NCBI GenBank assembly: GCA_951406725.2
Contig: OX597821.1
Coordinates: 73,842,001-73,906,000 of the forward strand
From: Octopus vulgaris
Taxonomy: Eukaryota
DNA length: 64,000 nt
Direction of reading: 5' to 3'
Position 1 is the first letter of the stretch. Each line of letters starts with the position of its first letter. The notes beneath the pieces were generated by a model. The model did no database searches. It saw only the letters and a list, made by a program, of their open reading frames with translations, and had not been told where the DNA came from. The translations under genes and the position numbers were made by a program. Positions 38,522 through 51,159 of the stretch are shown piece by piece.

Positions 38522-40320
38522 ATATACAAATTACATATTTTGTATTATGAAAATTTTATAATATATACCATGCATACAAACACAAATATATACATGTATG
38601 AGAGTGTATATACACATATACACGTGTGTGTGTGTATATATACATATATATATTAAACCACAGTATTAAATCCAGCGTGCTTATAACTTTACAGCTCATA
38701 GATTAGTTTCTGTACGAAAAAAAAGAAAAAAAAACAGGAGACAGAAAACCACAAAAGCGAAATTAAGTGAAACCATGAACTAAAAACTTTGATTCACATC
38801 CGACTAAACATTTTTCGGCTTATCTTTTCTCCCCCCTGCATTTCGCTCATAAAGAGGGAGAGAGAGTTCCATTAATTGATCTAATAGCGACTAGCGTGCT
38901 ATTTGTAGTAAATGTCAGACTTAGCAGGAGTAGTGAGAGGAGCGAAATGGGGAGAGTGGTCAGTGTAGAAGAGGCATCTTTAAAATATTTATTTCTTGGC
39001 TTGAAGTGACATTATTAACACCGCAGTTCTTTAATGTTGTGCGGTTTGGAAAACAACGTCCACCAGAGTGACACAGAGCAAATATTATATTTGAAGGCGT
39101 GCAAGTTATAACCAATGCTCGTATGTATCTATCTATCTATGTGTGTGTGTGTGTGTGTGTTTGGTTTACTTGGAGATCCTGACGTGTATCGAATTAGCAG
39201 GTGCACACGCTGTCCAGTGTGGTCTGCGTGGTTTTCTAGCGACATTGGTTTACTTGCTTCATTTTATTTATTTTTTTCCTGTGACACAATAGGAATAGAA
39301 AGAGATGGAGAGAGAGATAAAGAGAGGAAAGAGAGCGGGGGGGGGGGTTAACGAGGTAATGAAAGAGAAAGACCAAAAGCAAAAACAAAAAAAAAACCAA
39401 AAAAGAAAGAAGAAATGGAGAGGAGAGAGAGATATATATATGTACATATATATATATAGAAAGAGAAAGGGAGAGAGAGAAAAGGAGATGCGTATAGAAG
39501 CCGACGCCCCCCAGGAAACAGATATTCGCTAGGAGCGGAACCACCGAATTATTACGGCTACATCAAACTCAAGCAACCCATTGTTCCATACCATTATGCC
39601 GAAAACTTAACAAAGGTTAATGTACAATCAATAACGCCATCGTTGCCATATTTGCGATGGTAAATATTTGATAGCGGCCACAGTTTTGCCGCGCGGACCC
39701 TTTCTAAATGCTAAATGGATTCTCATCGTAGGCTTCCTTTTTTTTTTCTTTGTTTTTTTTTGTTGGTTTTGTGTTTTATTTCTTCGTTATTTCCACGCTC
39801 CGGACTTGTATGTGAAACGCACATAGACACACACACACACACACACACACATAAATGCGCTAACACACACACACACACGCAAACACACACATACATGGGT
39901 ACACATACAAAGGCATATACACAGAGGCACAAACAGTCACACACATACACATCTAATAAAAGAAACTGTATGAGTGATATGTATGTTTGTGCGTGAGTGA
40001 GTGTGTGTGTGTGTGTATACACACACTCACACACACTCATGCACGCACATATGTATACATACAAACACACGCACACATACAAACATACAAAGTGTATTTG
40101 TGTACTTATCGCCTGTTTTTATTGATTTACTTATTAAAACGTCATTTTTTGGTGTTAAAATGGGCGGATTTCCAGTGGGTGTTAAAGTTTAGCGACCTTA
40201 TTAAGGTGTAGCTTGTCAAAAAATGTAAAAAAATAATAAAAAAGAGAAATAAAAAAAACAGATCTAACGTGCCTTAATATTCATCGGCTTTAATGTGACT
40301 GTGTTACATACTAGTGTTTA

Positions 40321-40693
40321 GTGGAGGCGCAATGGCCCAGTGGCTAGGGCAGCAGACTCGCGATCGTAGGATAGCAGTTTCTATTCCTAGACTGGGCGAT
40401 GTGAGTGTTTATTGAGCGAAAATACCTAAAACTCCACGGGACTCCGGCAGGGGATGGTGGCGAACCCTGCTGTACTCTTTCACCACAACTTCCTCTCAAA
40501 CTTCTCCCCTTGTTTCTGTATTTTAAAGGGGCCAGCCCTGTCACACTGTGTCACGCTGAATCACCCCGAGAACTACGTTAAGGACACATGTGTCTAGGGA
40601 GTGCTCAGCCACTTACACGTTAATTTCACAAGCAGGCTGTTCCGTTGATCGGATCAACTGGAACCCTCGTCGTCGCAACCGACGGAGAGCCAA
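40321..40693 (+). mobile_element. SINE family C, full length
   Basis: gtggaggcgcaatggcccagtgg...ggaaccctcgtcgtcgcaaccgacggagagcca. Confidence 0.9.
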
Positions 40694-41390
40694 GACGAGT
40701 GTTTAGTATAATAAATTTGGTTAGAATACCTTACCATTTCTAACTGTGCTTCAACTGGTGGCTCCCGTTCTTTCATTTGGGGACACAGCATAGCCAAATA
40801 GTTAAGAAGCTCTTTTCACATTCGCTAGGTTCCGAGTTCTAAGTAACTAAGGTATAAAAAGAATCAAATTGGCACAAATATGTTGACCGTTTGTTTTTGA
40901 GTCAAAGCATTTCGTACTGGAATACTGCTTACAAATACGCGCCAGTTCTGTCGTTCCAAAGTTCTATCAACCATAATCTCCACATGAAACATTAAAATAA
41001 TTACCACAATTTTATGGCTCCGTAGTGTAATGTTAGTATTGCGTGTATTTGCACAGGTCTAAGTGGAGAGTTTTCTTATCTTAAACACTCTGCCGTATTA
41101 GACATGAATTTACAAGACTCTTTTTTATTCAACGATGTCATGCACGATATTTATTTTGTTCTAGCTTGGCCAAACGTTGTTTACATCAGCAAACATTGTT
41201 TGCAGCATTTTTGTGGGAGCAGTATATTCCCGGGTCCTCCCGGGTGACCGGTCGTGTAGAGCCCCAATTAGTCCCCATCTCTGCGAGATACTTCCTCATC
41301 TTCCGTGACCATGTGACGTGACATGTCGAGCAACTCGAACCGTCAACCCAACAGGATCCACAGTAAAGAGAACTTGGTGTTTACATTATC

Positions 41391-41795
41391 ATCCGCTAGG
41401 CAGCTAATTTCTTAAGATTGGTATTTAGGCAGTGTATTACATATCCCAGGGCCCCAATAATTACAGTTATAAACTTGAACTTGTAATCTGGATAGAGTAA
41501 TTGCAGATTTCTCAATAGTTCAGCATAGGTGTTCTCTTTTTCACTGATCTTCAGCTTTATGTTAATATCCGCTAGGCAGCTAATTTCCACAACTGTGCAC
41601 AGGTTTCTCTTCTCTATCCCAAATCATTCTATCAGGTCTGGTGTGCTTACATTTTATTGAGGTCTTCACTGGGACATTCCACCAGTATTCCTTTTTATTA
41701 TGAGTGGCTATGGCTTCTACCATATTGTGGGTTCTTATTTCTTTGTCCTCGGGATTATTTTTCCGACAGATTTCATTATAGTGTCCTAGCTACTA
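41391..41795 (-). pseudogene. REL-endonuclease domain fragment of an R4/Dong-like non-LTR element
   Basis: Frameshifted YNEICRK...EYWWNVPVKTSIKCKHTRPDRMIWD...EISCLAD...EKENTYAEL...VIIGALG contains the RPD..(D/E) and IGALG motifs. Confidence 0.8.
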
Positions 41796-42166
41796 TGTAT
41801 GTATGTATCTATCTATCTGCCCCGCACTCTAGTTTTATCTCGTCAGTTTTCTATGTCTCTATCGATCTCCACGCGTGTTTATTTTTATTATTACTACAAC
41901 AACAACGGAAATAACAAAACGTTGCACCACAAAATGCAGATTACTATTAAAGATACACAAATACTTCTACAAAACGAATAACATTCAACTTTCTTATTTA
42001 CTTTCGTCTGCTCGGTACGAGAGTTCCAAAACTTTGAATTTGTATTCTTGTATAAACGCAAAAAGCATTCTTACCTTTGAACATGTCCAAACACTGACGC
42101 TATCATCATGATCATGATCATCATATATATAATGATGATATATATATATCATGATCATGATATATA

Positions 42167-42197
<31 letters not shown>

Positions 42198-42699
42198 ATA
42201 TATATATGCGTGTGTGTATATGTGTGTGTGTATCTATATCTGTATACACTTGCCTGGTTATTTATTTAAAACCTTATAAATATTTTGTACACATTATATC
42301 GACATATCTTCATATTAAGCGTATAATACAGTAACATCTCTTCAATATTCGACACTTCCTGACATTTCATGACTCCTGGAATCCAATCTACTATTTTCGG
42401 TTCGGCCGCTGAATTAAATATGGAAGATATAGTTTACTGTCTGCGTGGCTTTTGTATTCGTTGTATTCTTTGCATAACCATTTTCTTGAAAAAAAAAAAA
42501 AAAAAAAAAATTTCTCCAAGAATATGAAGAAAATTTTGCGATCGAGACTTGTCAATCCTCTTGAACGTAATCGATAAATCGAAAACTGAAAGACATTTAA
42601 AGGTATTACACCTTATCATTAAAACAAGAATCACAGACTTAGAAGATCTCTCTCTCTCTCACTCTGTCTGCCTGTCTATATGTAAATGTGTATGCAGAC

Positions 42700-42796
<97 letters not shown>

Positions 42797-43382
42797 ATGC
42801 AGGTATATATGTATACGCATCAGTGTATGTAGGTATGCATACATGCTACCAAAGAGGTTTAAGTTGTTTGACCTTAATTGAATTACCTACTCGTGAATTA
42901 ACGCGTTAGTGACTGAGTATTCCAAAGACACATTATAATTTTAACGTAATCAGGCTGAATCAGCGTGACTCAGTCACGACTGTACCTTTTTAATTCCGGG
43001 TATCATCCACCTGGCAGGCTTCTGCACAGTTTCTGTCAACCCCATTTCACTGGCAAGATGGGGAGGGGTCGATCCGAAGCTATTTACACGTACACAAAAT
43101 GTACCGTATGAGGATCGAACCGGAGATCTCATTGTTGTAAAGCAATCATCTTAACCATTCGGCCCTGTTGCATCTCATGTATGTGTGTCTGTTTATATTG
43201 CTTGATGCCGAACGGCTCAGAAAAAGGGTACTCAATACATGTTGTGGCGGAAGTTGAAGCCAAGTTTTTATCTCACGGCTCGAGTTTCACGTCACTGTGA
43301 TCTTCAGGCGAAATGGCGTGAGACTAGTCGCGAAACACACACGCTTTCTGTCTCTGTCTCCCTCCTTCTTACACACATATAT

Positions 43383-43768
43383 GTGGAGGCGCAATGGTCC
43401 AGTGGTTAGGGCAGCGGACTCGCGGTCGTAGGATAGCGGTTTCGATTCCCAGATCAGGCGTTGTGAGTGTCTATTGAGCGAAAACACCTAAACGCTCCAT
43501 GAAGCTCCCGCAGGGGTTGGTGGCGAACCCTGCTGTACTCCTTCACCACAACTTTCTCTCACTCTTTCTTCCTGTTTCTGTTGTACCTGTATTTTCAAAG
43601 GGGTCAGCCTTGTTACGCTCTGTATCATGCTGAATCTCCCCGAGAACTACGTTAAGGATACACGTGACTGTGGAGTGCTCAGCCACTTGCACGTTAATTT
43701 CACAAAGTAGGCTATTCCGTTGATCGGATCGAGTAGAACCCACGTCCTCGTAACCGACGGAGTACCAC
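43383..43768 (+). mobile_element. SINE family C, full length
   Basis: Homologous to 40321-40693. Confidence 0.9.
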
Positions 43769-43785
43769 GGATATATATGTACACA

Positions 43786-44155
43786 CTAGCAGTATCACCC
43801 GGCATTGCTCGGGTTTGTAAGGGAAATAACTATAAAGCATTTTTAGAGAGTTATATCAAAAAAATGGAAAAAAAAATAATGGTAAATTTTTTTGAGTTAA
43901 AAAGGTCGAGTTGCGTCCCCTAGACAGTCTGTGGTTTGTGTTTCTGATTCTCGACCCCATGTCGAATTTATCGATTTTTTTCAGAACGGGGGGAACTTTT
44001 CAAAATTTTCGCTGCGTTAGTTTTGAATTATGACATTGGGCTATGTGTGTATCAAGTTTCATCAGAATCGGTTGAAAGCCGTGGTCAGGGTGAGGGTACA
44101 ACCTTACAGACACAGAGACACACACAGAGACAAACTGCCGTTTATATAGAGAGAG

Positions 44156-44156
<1 letters not shown>
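43786..44156 (-). mobile_element. Non-autonomous Helitron
   Basis: Minus strand begins a|TCtctctctatataaacgg and ends cccgagcaatgccggg (hairpin)-tgatactg-CTAG|t: 5'-TC, 3'-CTAG, subterminal hairpin, inserted between A and T with no TSD. Confidence 0.85.
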
Positions 44157-44212
<56 letters not shown>

Positions 44213-45075
44213 ATACACACACAGTGTAATTTATATATGTAGACAAATGCTTAACGTCTTAATATATTGTAACGCATCGTAGCCCCTCCCTTTAATTTTT
44301 ATAAGACTGAGTGCTGTGCAATACAAATCCTGTTAAAATTTTTTTTATTTGTGACATGAATTATGAATGACTGAGCCCTGGTGGCAAATATAATAAACCA
44401 CATTATTACTAAAAATACGCAGTAGTGGTGGTGGTAGTAGTTTGATATTAGTAACCGTTCTTTTAATCTTATACAATAAACTTTGCAATTGTTTACATGC
44501 AAAATTTTATGTAGCTTGTTTTGGGAGAAGCAGTGGTTGTCCGCAAACGACTGTTGTGCAACGTTTCTCTATCGGCTGCGAAAAAAGACCAAAGTAAACG
44601 AAGATAGTTGGATGAGAATCGAAAATGACTTCTTTAAGACGAAGAAAGCCTGATTGAAGAAATGATAAATGGAGCAAGAACAAGTAACCCTTAAAGTTAG
44701 GTCAACTTTTGACTAGTCTTCGTGGAGATTGTCTAATGAATTCAGGACTAGTTATTCGACAAATCGAGCCCCTTGTTTATTTTAGCCGGGCCAATTGCCA
44801 ATATAGTCATCAAACAAAAATATTTGCCCTTCAATCCTTCTCACATACAACCCGTGATATATTACTTTTCTCCAACTTGACAATAAAGATGTTATTTGTT
44901 CAGTTCAAGTTTCGTTTTCTTTTCTCTTTTTTTTTTTTTTTTCTTTTTTTAATTTTCACACCACAACTGACCGTGCTTCTTGCAATCAATCCTTAAACTG
45001 GCGCCTTCCATTCTTTGGTCGGGGTAAAGGGTTGAAATTACTCTATATATCTTTTCGACTTCGAGAGAGAGAGAG

Positions 45076-45106
<31 letters not shown>

Positions 45107-45437
45107 GAGAGAGAGTCAGATAGCCAAAGCAAATCAATGGACAGAGAGAAAGTGAACAAGTCGGAATCGGTGAAAACTGGTTTTTAGTTGTAGATGGAGC
45201 GGAGGAGGAACATGAGAACATTAAAAGAAACAATGGATTTTAAATGGAGTAGCTTAGAAATATACAAGTTTTAAAAGTCAGTGACAAGACATAAATATAT
45301 ATCTCGGCACTTAATAAACAGCGATGCAATAAATGTAGAATTAACATAAAAAATATTGATTGAAAATATAAATTATGACGGCGGACAGTAATTAAATATA
45401 ATCAAATAGTAATTAAATATAATATATATGTATATAT

Positions 45438-45499
<62 letters not shown>

Positions 45500-45637
45500 T
45501 TAGCCACATATTTATGTTTTATGCAACATACAAACATTTATATATATATATATGTATATATGTGTGTGTGTGTGTATACATTTTATACATAAAAACACAC
45601 ACACATATATTATATATGGCTTTTTAGCACAACAAAC

Positions 45638-45672
<35 letters not shown>

Positions 45673-45960
45673 ATATATATGCGTACACATTGATACACAC
45701 GTAAGAATAATGCTAACTTTTAAGAGACAAGATGTGTTAATAGAGCAGATTTCTTCTCATCTAAGAAGATCGATACCGCTTGATATTTCATTTCGTTCAG
45801 TTATCGATTTATTATGGAAAATTGAAATGCCATAGAAACGTCACACTGGTAAAACCCAAATCACGAAACTGTAATTGCAGCAATATACCCAACAATAAGG
45901 TCGGGTTTGTTTTTGGTGGAATCGTTGGAATATTACTGGTATTTGAACGTCATAACATAA

Positions 45961-46113
45961 GCATGGCTGTATGGTATGAAGTTTGCTTCTCAACCTCATG
46001 GTTCCGGGTTCAGTTCCTCTGTACAACAGCTTGTGCAAGTGATTTCTACTATAGCCATGGGCCGATCAAAGCCTTGGGAGTGGATTTCATAGACGAAAAC
46101 TGAAAGAAGCCCG
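45961..46113 (+). mobile_element. SINE family A, diverged 5' half
   Basis: catggttccgggttcagttcc...gacgaaaactgaaagaagcccgt. Confidence 0.7.
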
Positions 46114-46245
46114 TTGAAGTATAACCAGCCGAAATTGCAAAGATAATCTGAAACTCGACTGAGGAAAGAAAACACGGAATGCCCCGTCCTTGTTTTCTTT
46201 GTACCGTCTGTTGAATATTATATAAACACACACACACATATACAC

Positions 46246-46359
<114 letters not shown>

Positions 46360-46690
46360 ATATATATATATAATATATATATATATACAGTATATATATA
46401 ATATATATATATATATACACGTGTGTGTGTGTGTGTGTGTGCGTGTGTATATGTATGTATATATCTATATGTGTTTGTGCGTGTGTATATGTATATACAT
46501 ATATATGTGTGTGTGTGTATATATATATGTATATATATATGTGTGTGTATATATATGTAAGGTATGTTAGGTGTTAAGCCCTCTAAGGGATAGAGTGATC
46601 CGGAGGCACTCCTGGTAATTACCTCAGTAAGTATGGTCCTTGGTATAAGGTATACAGCAGCATGTAATTTAAGAGGTAAACCGTAGTTTA

Positions 46691-46739
<49 letters not shown>

Positions 46740-47037
46740 TACACATGTATGTATGTATAAATGATAAGAAAATGGAGGAAAAACAACAAATAGACGTGTG
46801 TTTATGGTGCTAAAAACCCATTATTTAATAATTAAGCAAGGTGAGGGTAAGAGTGAGTTTCTAAAATGTAACACTTTCGAATCATTGAACATTTCCTTTT
46901 CCATTTTCTCCCTCTATCTATCACTCTATTCTCCCCTGGGATTGATTTGTTCGACTAAAGGCAGTGCTCCACAGCATGGCCACAGTCAAATGACAAACAA
47001 GGGAAAGACATTATGAGTTGCAGACATTATGAGTTGT

Positions 47038-47374
47038 ACATTTACATTTGACGGATATTTGTCCTCATGCTGTTTGTTGTTAACACAATGTTTCGGCTGA
47101 TATACCCTCCAGCCTTCATCAGGTGTCTTAGGGAAATTTCGAACCTGGGTTCTCATTCCTAAGGTATTTTTCGATGTTCCTCTTCTTCTTCTTATTATTA
47201 TTCAGGTCACTGCCTGGAATCGAACTCGGAATCTTGGAGTAGCTGGGAGTTAGGCTGGAGGGTATATCAGCCAAAACGTTGTGTTAACAAGAAGCAAGAT
47301 GAGGACAAATATCCGTCAAATATAAACAATGTAAATAATTTAAATAATTCCTCATCCCTTAAATATAGAACTAT
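47038..47374. mobile_element. Hammerhead-bearing fold-back element, copy 3 (retains the tRNA-like B-box)
   Basis: Arms ~47038-47116 and 47252-47335. The minus copy extends 5' to gagttcgattcc (47216-47227); the plus copy carries the 3' tail ending ttaaatatagaacta. Confidence 0.85.
47082..47127 (-). ncRNA. Minimal type-I hammerhead ribozyme (stem III CpG-decayed)
   Basis: GACAC-CUGAUGA-A-GGCUG-GAGGGUAUAU-CAGCC-GAAACAUU-GUGUU. Confidence 0.7.
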
Positions 47375-47827
47375 AAGTTGTCTCCCGCAATTCACTGACA
47401 GTTCAACGAATTTTGAGCGAGTTAATATACATATATGTCTGTCTCTATAGTGTGCGGAGGTAGGGGTAATTGGGTTTGCATTATCAAATTATCATTCATT
47501 TTGATTTGAGGGCAATGTGTAATTTTGAGAGGAATTTAACTACTATTTCTCACAGCCCCACCGTCAACATAGATGTACCTTTGTCATCTTGTAAATATAT
47601 ACCACTCTATCAAGGTAGCGACTTGGCTCAATTGCTGGCTCGTCTTTACGTTCTGAGTTCAAATTCTGCCAGGTTCAACTTCATCCTCTCGGTTTTGATT
47701 AAATAGATACCAGTTAGACACTGGGGTCGATGTAATCGATTTAACCCCTTCATCAGAATTGTGCAACAATTTGAAACAATTATTATTGTATCTACACAGA
47801 CTACATTATTTGAATAGTAAATATTAT

Positions 47828-48230
47828 AGGCGCAGGAGTGGCTCAGTGGTAAGTAGCTTGCTTACCAGCCACATAGTTCCGGATTCAGTCCCACTGCGTG
47901 GCACCTTGGACAAGTGTCTTCTACTATAGCCTCAGGGCGACCAAAGCCTTGTGAGCGGATATGGTAGACGGAAACTGAAAGAAGCCCGTCGTATAAATAA
48001 AAAATATATATATGTATGTATATGTTTGTGTGTCTGTGTTTATCTCCCCAACATTGCTTGACAACCGATGCTGTTGTGTTTACGTCCCCGTAACTTAGCG
48101 GTTCGGCAAGAGAGACGGATAAAATAAGTACTAGGCTTACAAAGAATAAGTCCTGGGGTCGATTTGCTCGACTAAAAGTGGTGCTCCAGCATGGCCGCAG
48201 TCAAATGGCTGAAACAAAAGAATAAAAGAG
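47828..48230 (+). mobile_element. SINE family A, full length
   Basis: Homologous to 2769-3187. Confidence 0.9.
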
Positions 48231-48477
48231 TATCTCTGATACTTTATTTTATCCACCGCAGAAAGATGAAAAGAAACATTTTCCTCGGCCGGATTTGATC
48301 GCAGAACGTATAGGTCTGCTACTAAATACCCATGACATTTTGTCAGATGCTCTAACGGTTCTGCGACTCCATCACCTCGTGTGTTCTTGTGAGAAATATG
48401 GAATTCCTGAATAAGTATGAATCGATATACACAAAATAGACACATAACCTACTTTATACTGTTTTAAAGGGATTATA

Positions 48478-48893
48478 TATTTCTTTACTACTCACAAGGG
48501 GCTAAACACAAAGGGGACAAACAAGGAAAGACAAAGGGATTGAGTCGATTACATCGACCCCAGTGCGTAACTGGTACTTAATTTATCGACCCCGAAAGGA
48601 TGAAAGGCAAAGTCGACCTCGGTGGAATTTGAACTCACAACGTAACGACAGACGAAATACCTATTTCTTTACTACCCACAAGGGGCCAAACACAGAGAGG
48701 ACAAACAAGGACAGACAAACGGAGTAAGTCGATTAAATCGACCCCAGTGTGTAACTGGTACTTAATTCATCGACCCCGAAAGGATGAAAGGCAAAGTCGA
48801 CCTCGGTGGAATTTGAACTCAGAACGTAGCGGCAGACGAAATACCGCTTAGCAATTCACCCGGCGTGCTAACGATTCTGCCAGTTCGCCGCCT
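48478..48893 (-). mobile_element. SINE-B dimer flanked by a 21-bp TSD
   Basis: tactgttttaaaggga(t/g)tata at 48457-48477 and 48894-48914; internal junction gacgaaatacctatttctttac. Confidence 0.9.
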
Positions 48894-49096
48894 TACTGTT
48901 TTAAAGGGAGTATAACGACATACTGAATAGCAAAACGATACAGTCATGTTAATAAGTCTTTTATATATCTATCGATGGAATAGAGACTTTGATGAGAGGA
49001 GGTGCGCTCGTTCGCTGAATGAATGCTGAAAAAGCGATACTTGATTCACACGATATTTTCGAGCGAGTTGGTTTCCTGTTGGAGATCAAAAGTTTA

Positions 49097-49157
49097 CGGT
49101 CAAAGGTCAGCATTGCTCGTGCAGTATCGTTGTCACAGCCGTTCAGTGACGTCACTG
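49097..49157. promoter_or_regulatory. Candidate enhancer motifs: DR1 nuclear-receptor element and extended CRE palindrome
   Basis: cggtca-a-aggtca (49097-49109) and cagTGACGTCActg (49144-49157) in unique sequence; motif match only. Confidence 0.35.
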
Positions 49158-49236
49158 GTGAATGACTAACGTCATGTAGCCTGTTTGTTAGGGTGTCTCA
49201 TAAGTTCAGCTCTGATAAAGCAGAAGAGTCTCTCAA

Positions 49237-49303
<67 letters not shown>

Positions 49304-49746
49304 TGGCGAGGATAAAGGGGGAGAGAGATAAAGACGATTTAGTGAAGGGTCATCAACTGTTTTGTATCTACTGTCAGGGTATTTATCTGTGAGGAAGTTT
49401 CAGTCTGTTTAATTGAAAGTAGGGTAGGCACAACACGTTGCTAAAAGCAGGGGGAGCACTGTGAAATTGACGAAAACATTTTGTTTCTATTGATTATTTT
49501 AACTTAGCAAAGCTCAGTTTATGATGTTCCTTGAGCAATATTTGTCACAGAGGGTGAATCTTATGTCAGAGTAAAGTTGAACCAATGTGAATATAGCTTG
49601 GAGATTGAGAAGAATACGCTCAAAATGGTTTGCCAGATGCGAAATGATTCTTCTTTGGAATTGGATCTCAAACAATATACATACTATAATTAATAACATG
49701 TAAATATTGGGTTGGAAAACCATTTTGGCTTGAAAACAGCTACATG

Positions 49747-49820
<74 letters not shown>

Positions 49821-49822
<2 letters not shown>

Positions 49823-50378
49823 CCCTGATACTGTATCAGACAGTGGCTCTCATGGCTTCTGATCTTAACTGATTGGAAGTGTTATCATGTACATTGTTTT
49901 GTCTTGGTATAAAAGATGGGCTACAGCAAATATTCTGCTCAATACCACAGATTTGCTTGTCAGTTGTTTGACCTTAACCAGTTGAGCATGTCCCTTGGTG
50001 GCTGACGATATGTGCATCTCTGATCACGAGCAGAAGTAGTGGGGGAGCATCATAGCCATGTGTTGAGAGGAGTTCTTTGGAGTTTGAATAATTCACTTCT
50101 GGAAACATGGGTGTTTCGTTCAACATCCTTAAACAACCCATATTCAGGGACCTTTTGCTCGGGATGGGTTACTCGACCAGAAGGAAATTCTAACTGGGCT
50201 CCACCTGCAAGGTCATGTGCTGTTTATTTTGATATGAGATCACCCATGTCGCGCACATACGTTTGTGATGCATGTGACTAGTGTACCCTTATCAGACGAG
50301 TAGTCATGATGGGTATACTGGGCTTTGTATATTTTACCCCAGTGTCACTTTGATGGCATGCATTGCTCTCTCACTCAA
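49821..50378 (+). mobile_element. Unclassified ~560-bp interspersed repeat embedded in (AAT)n
   Basis: Flanked on both sides by (aat)n; a diverged inverted copy lies at ~55933-56400. Confidence 0.75.
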
Positions 50379-50569
50379 TAATAATAATAATGATAAAAAT
50401 GGTTTCAAATTTTGCCACAAGGGCAGCAATTTTGGGGAATGAGATGGGTCGATTACATTGACCCAGTGTTTAACTGGTACTTAAAGATGAAAGGCCGAAG
50501 GACGGGCGAAATATCGTTAAGCGCGGTAATGATTCTGCCAGCTCACCGCCTCTTAATCATAATAGTTAT

Positions 50570-51143
50570 TTCTACTGTAGGCAAAACGATTGAAATTTGG
50601 GAAAGGGGCCAGTCGATTACATCGACCCCAGTGTTTCACTGGTACTTTATTTATTGACCCCGAAAGGATGAAAGGCAAAGTTGACCTCGGCGGAATTTGA
50701 GCTCAGAACAAAGACAGACGAAATACCTATTTCTTTACTATCTACAAGGGGATAAACACAGAGAGGACAAACAAGGACAGACAAACGTATTAAGTCGATT
50801 TTATCGACCCCAGTGCGTAACTGGTACTTAATTTATCGACCCCGAAAGGATGAAAGGCAAAGTCGACCTCGGCGGAATTTGAACTCAGTACGTAGCGGTA
50901 GACGAAATACCTATTTCTTTACTACCCACAAGGGGCTAAACAGAGGGGACAAACAAGGACAGACAGATGGATTAAGTCGATTACATCGACCCCAGTGTGT
51001 AACTGGTACTTAATTTATCGACCCCGAAAGGATGAAAGCAAAGTCGACCTCGGCGGAATTTGAACTCAGAACGTAGCGGCAGACGAAATACCGCTAAGCA
51101 TTTCGCCCGGCGTGCTAATGTGTCTGCCAGCTCGCTGCCTTAT
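50570..51143 (-). mobile_element. SINE-B trimer (one head, three cores)
   Basis: ~180-bp units joined twice at gacgaaatacctatttctttac; the last unit has the alternative tail. Confidence 0.9.
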
Positions 51144-51159
51144 GCAAAGAAAGAAGAGA

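Noticed and set aside
46113-46220. Possible type-II hammerhead (GAAAUUG...UAAUC...CUGAGGA)
   Set aside because: Stem III and an AUC triplet are plausible, but stem I is weak and stem II cannot pair.
50570-51143. Regularly spaced repeats suggestive of a CRISPR array or retrozyme
   Set aside because: Units are ~180-bp SINE bodies with no unique spacers or cas genes, and I found no hammerhead core in the unit.
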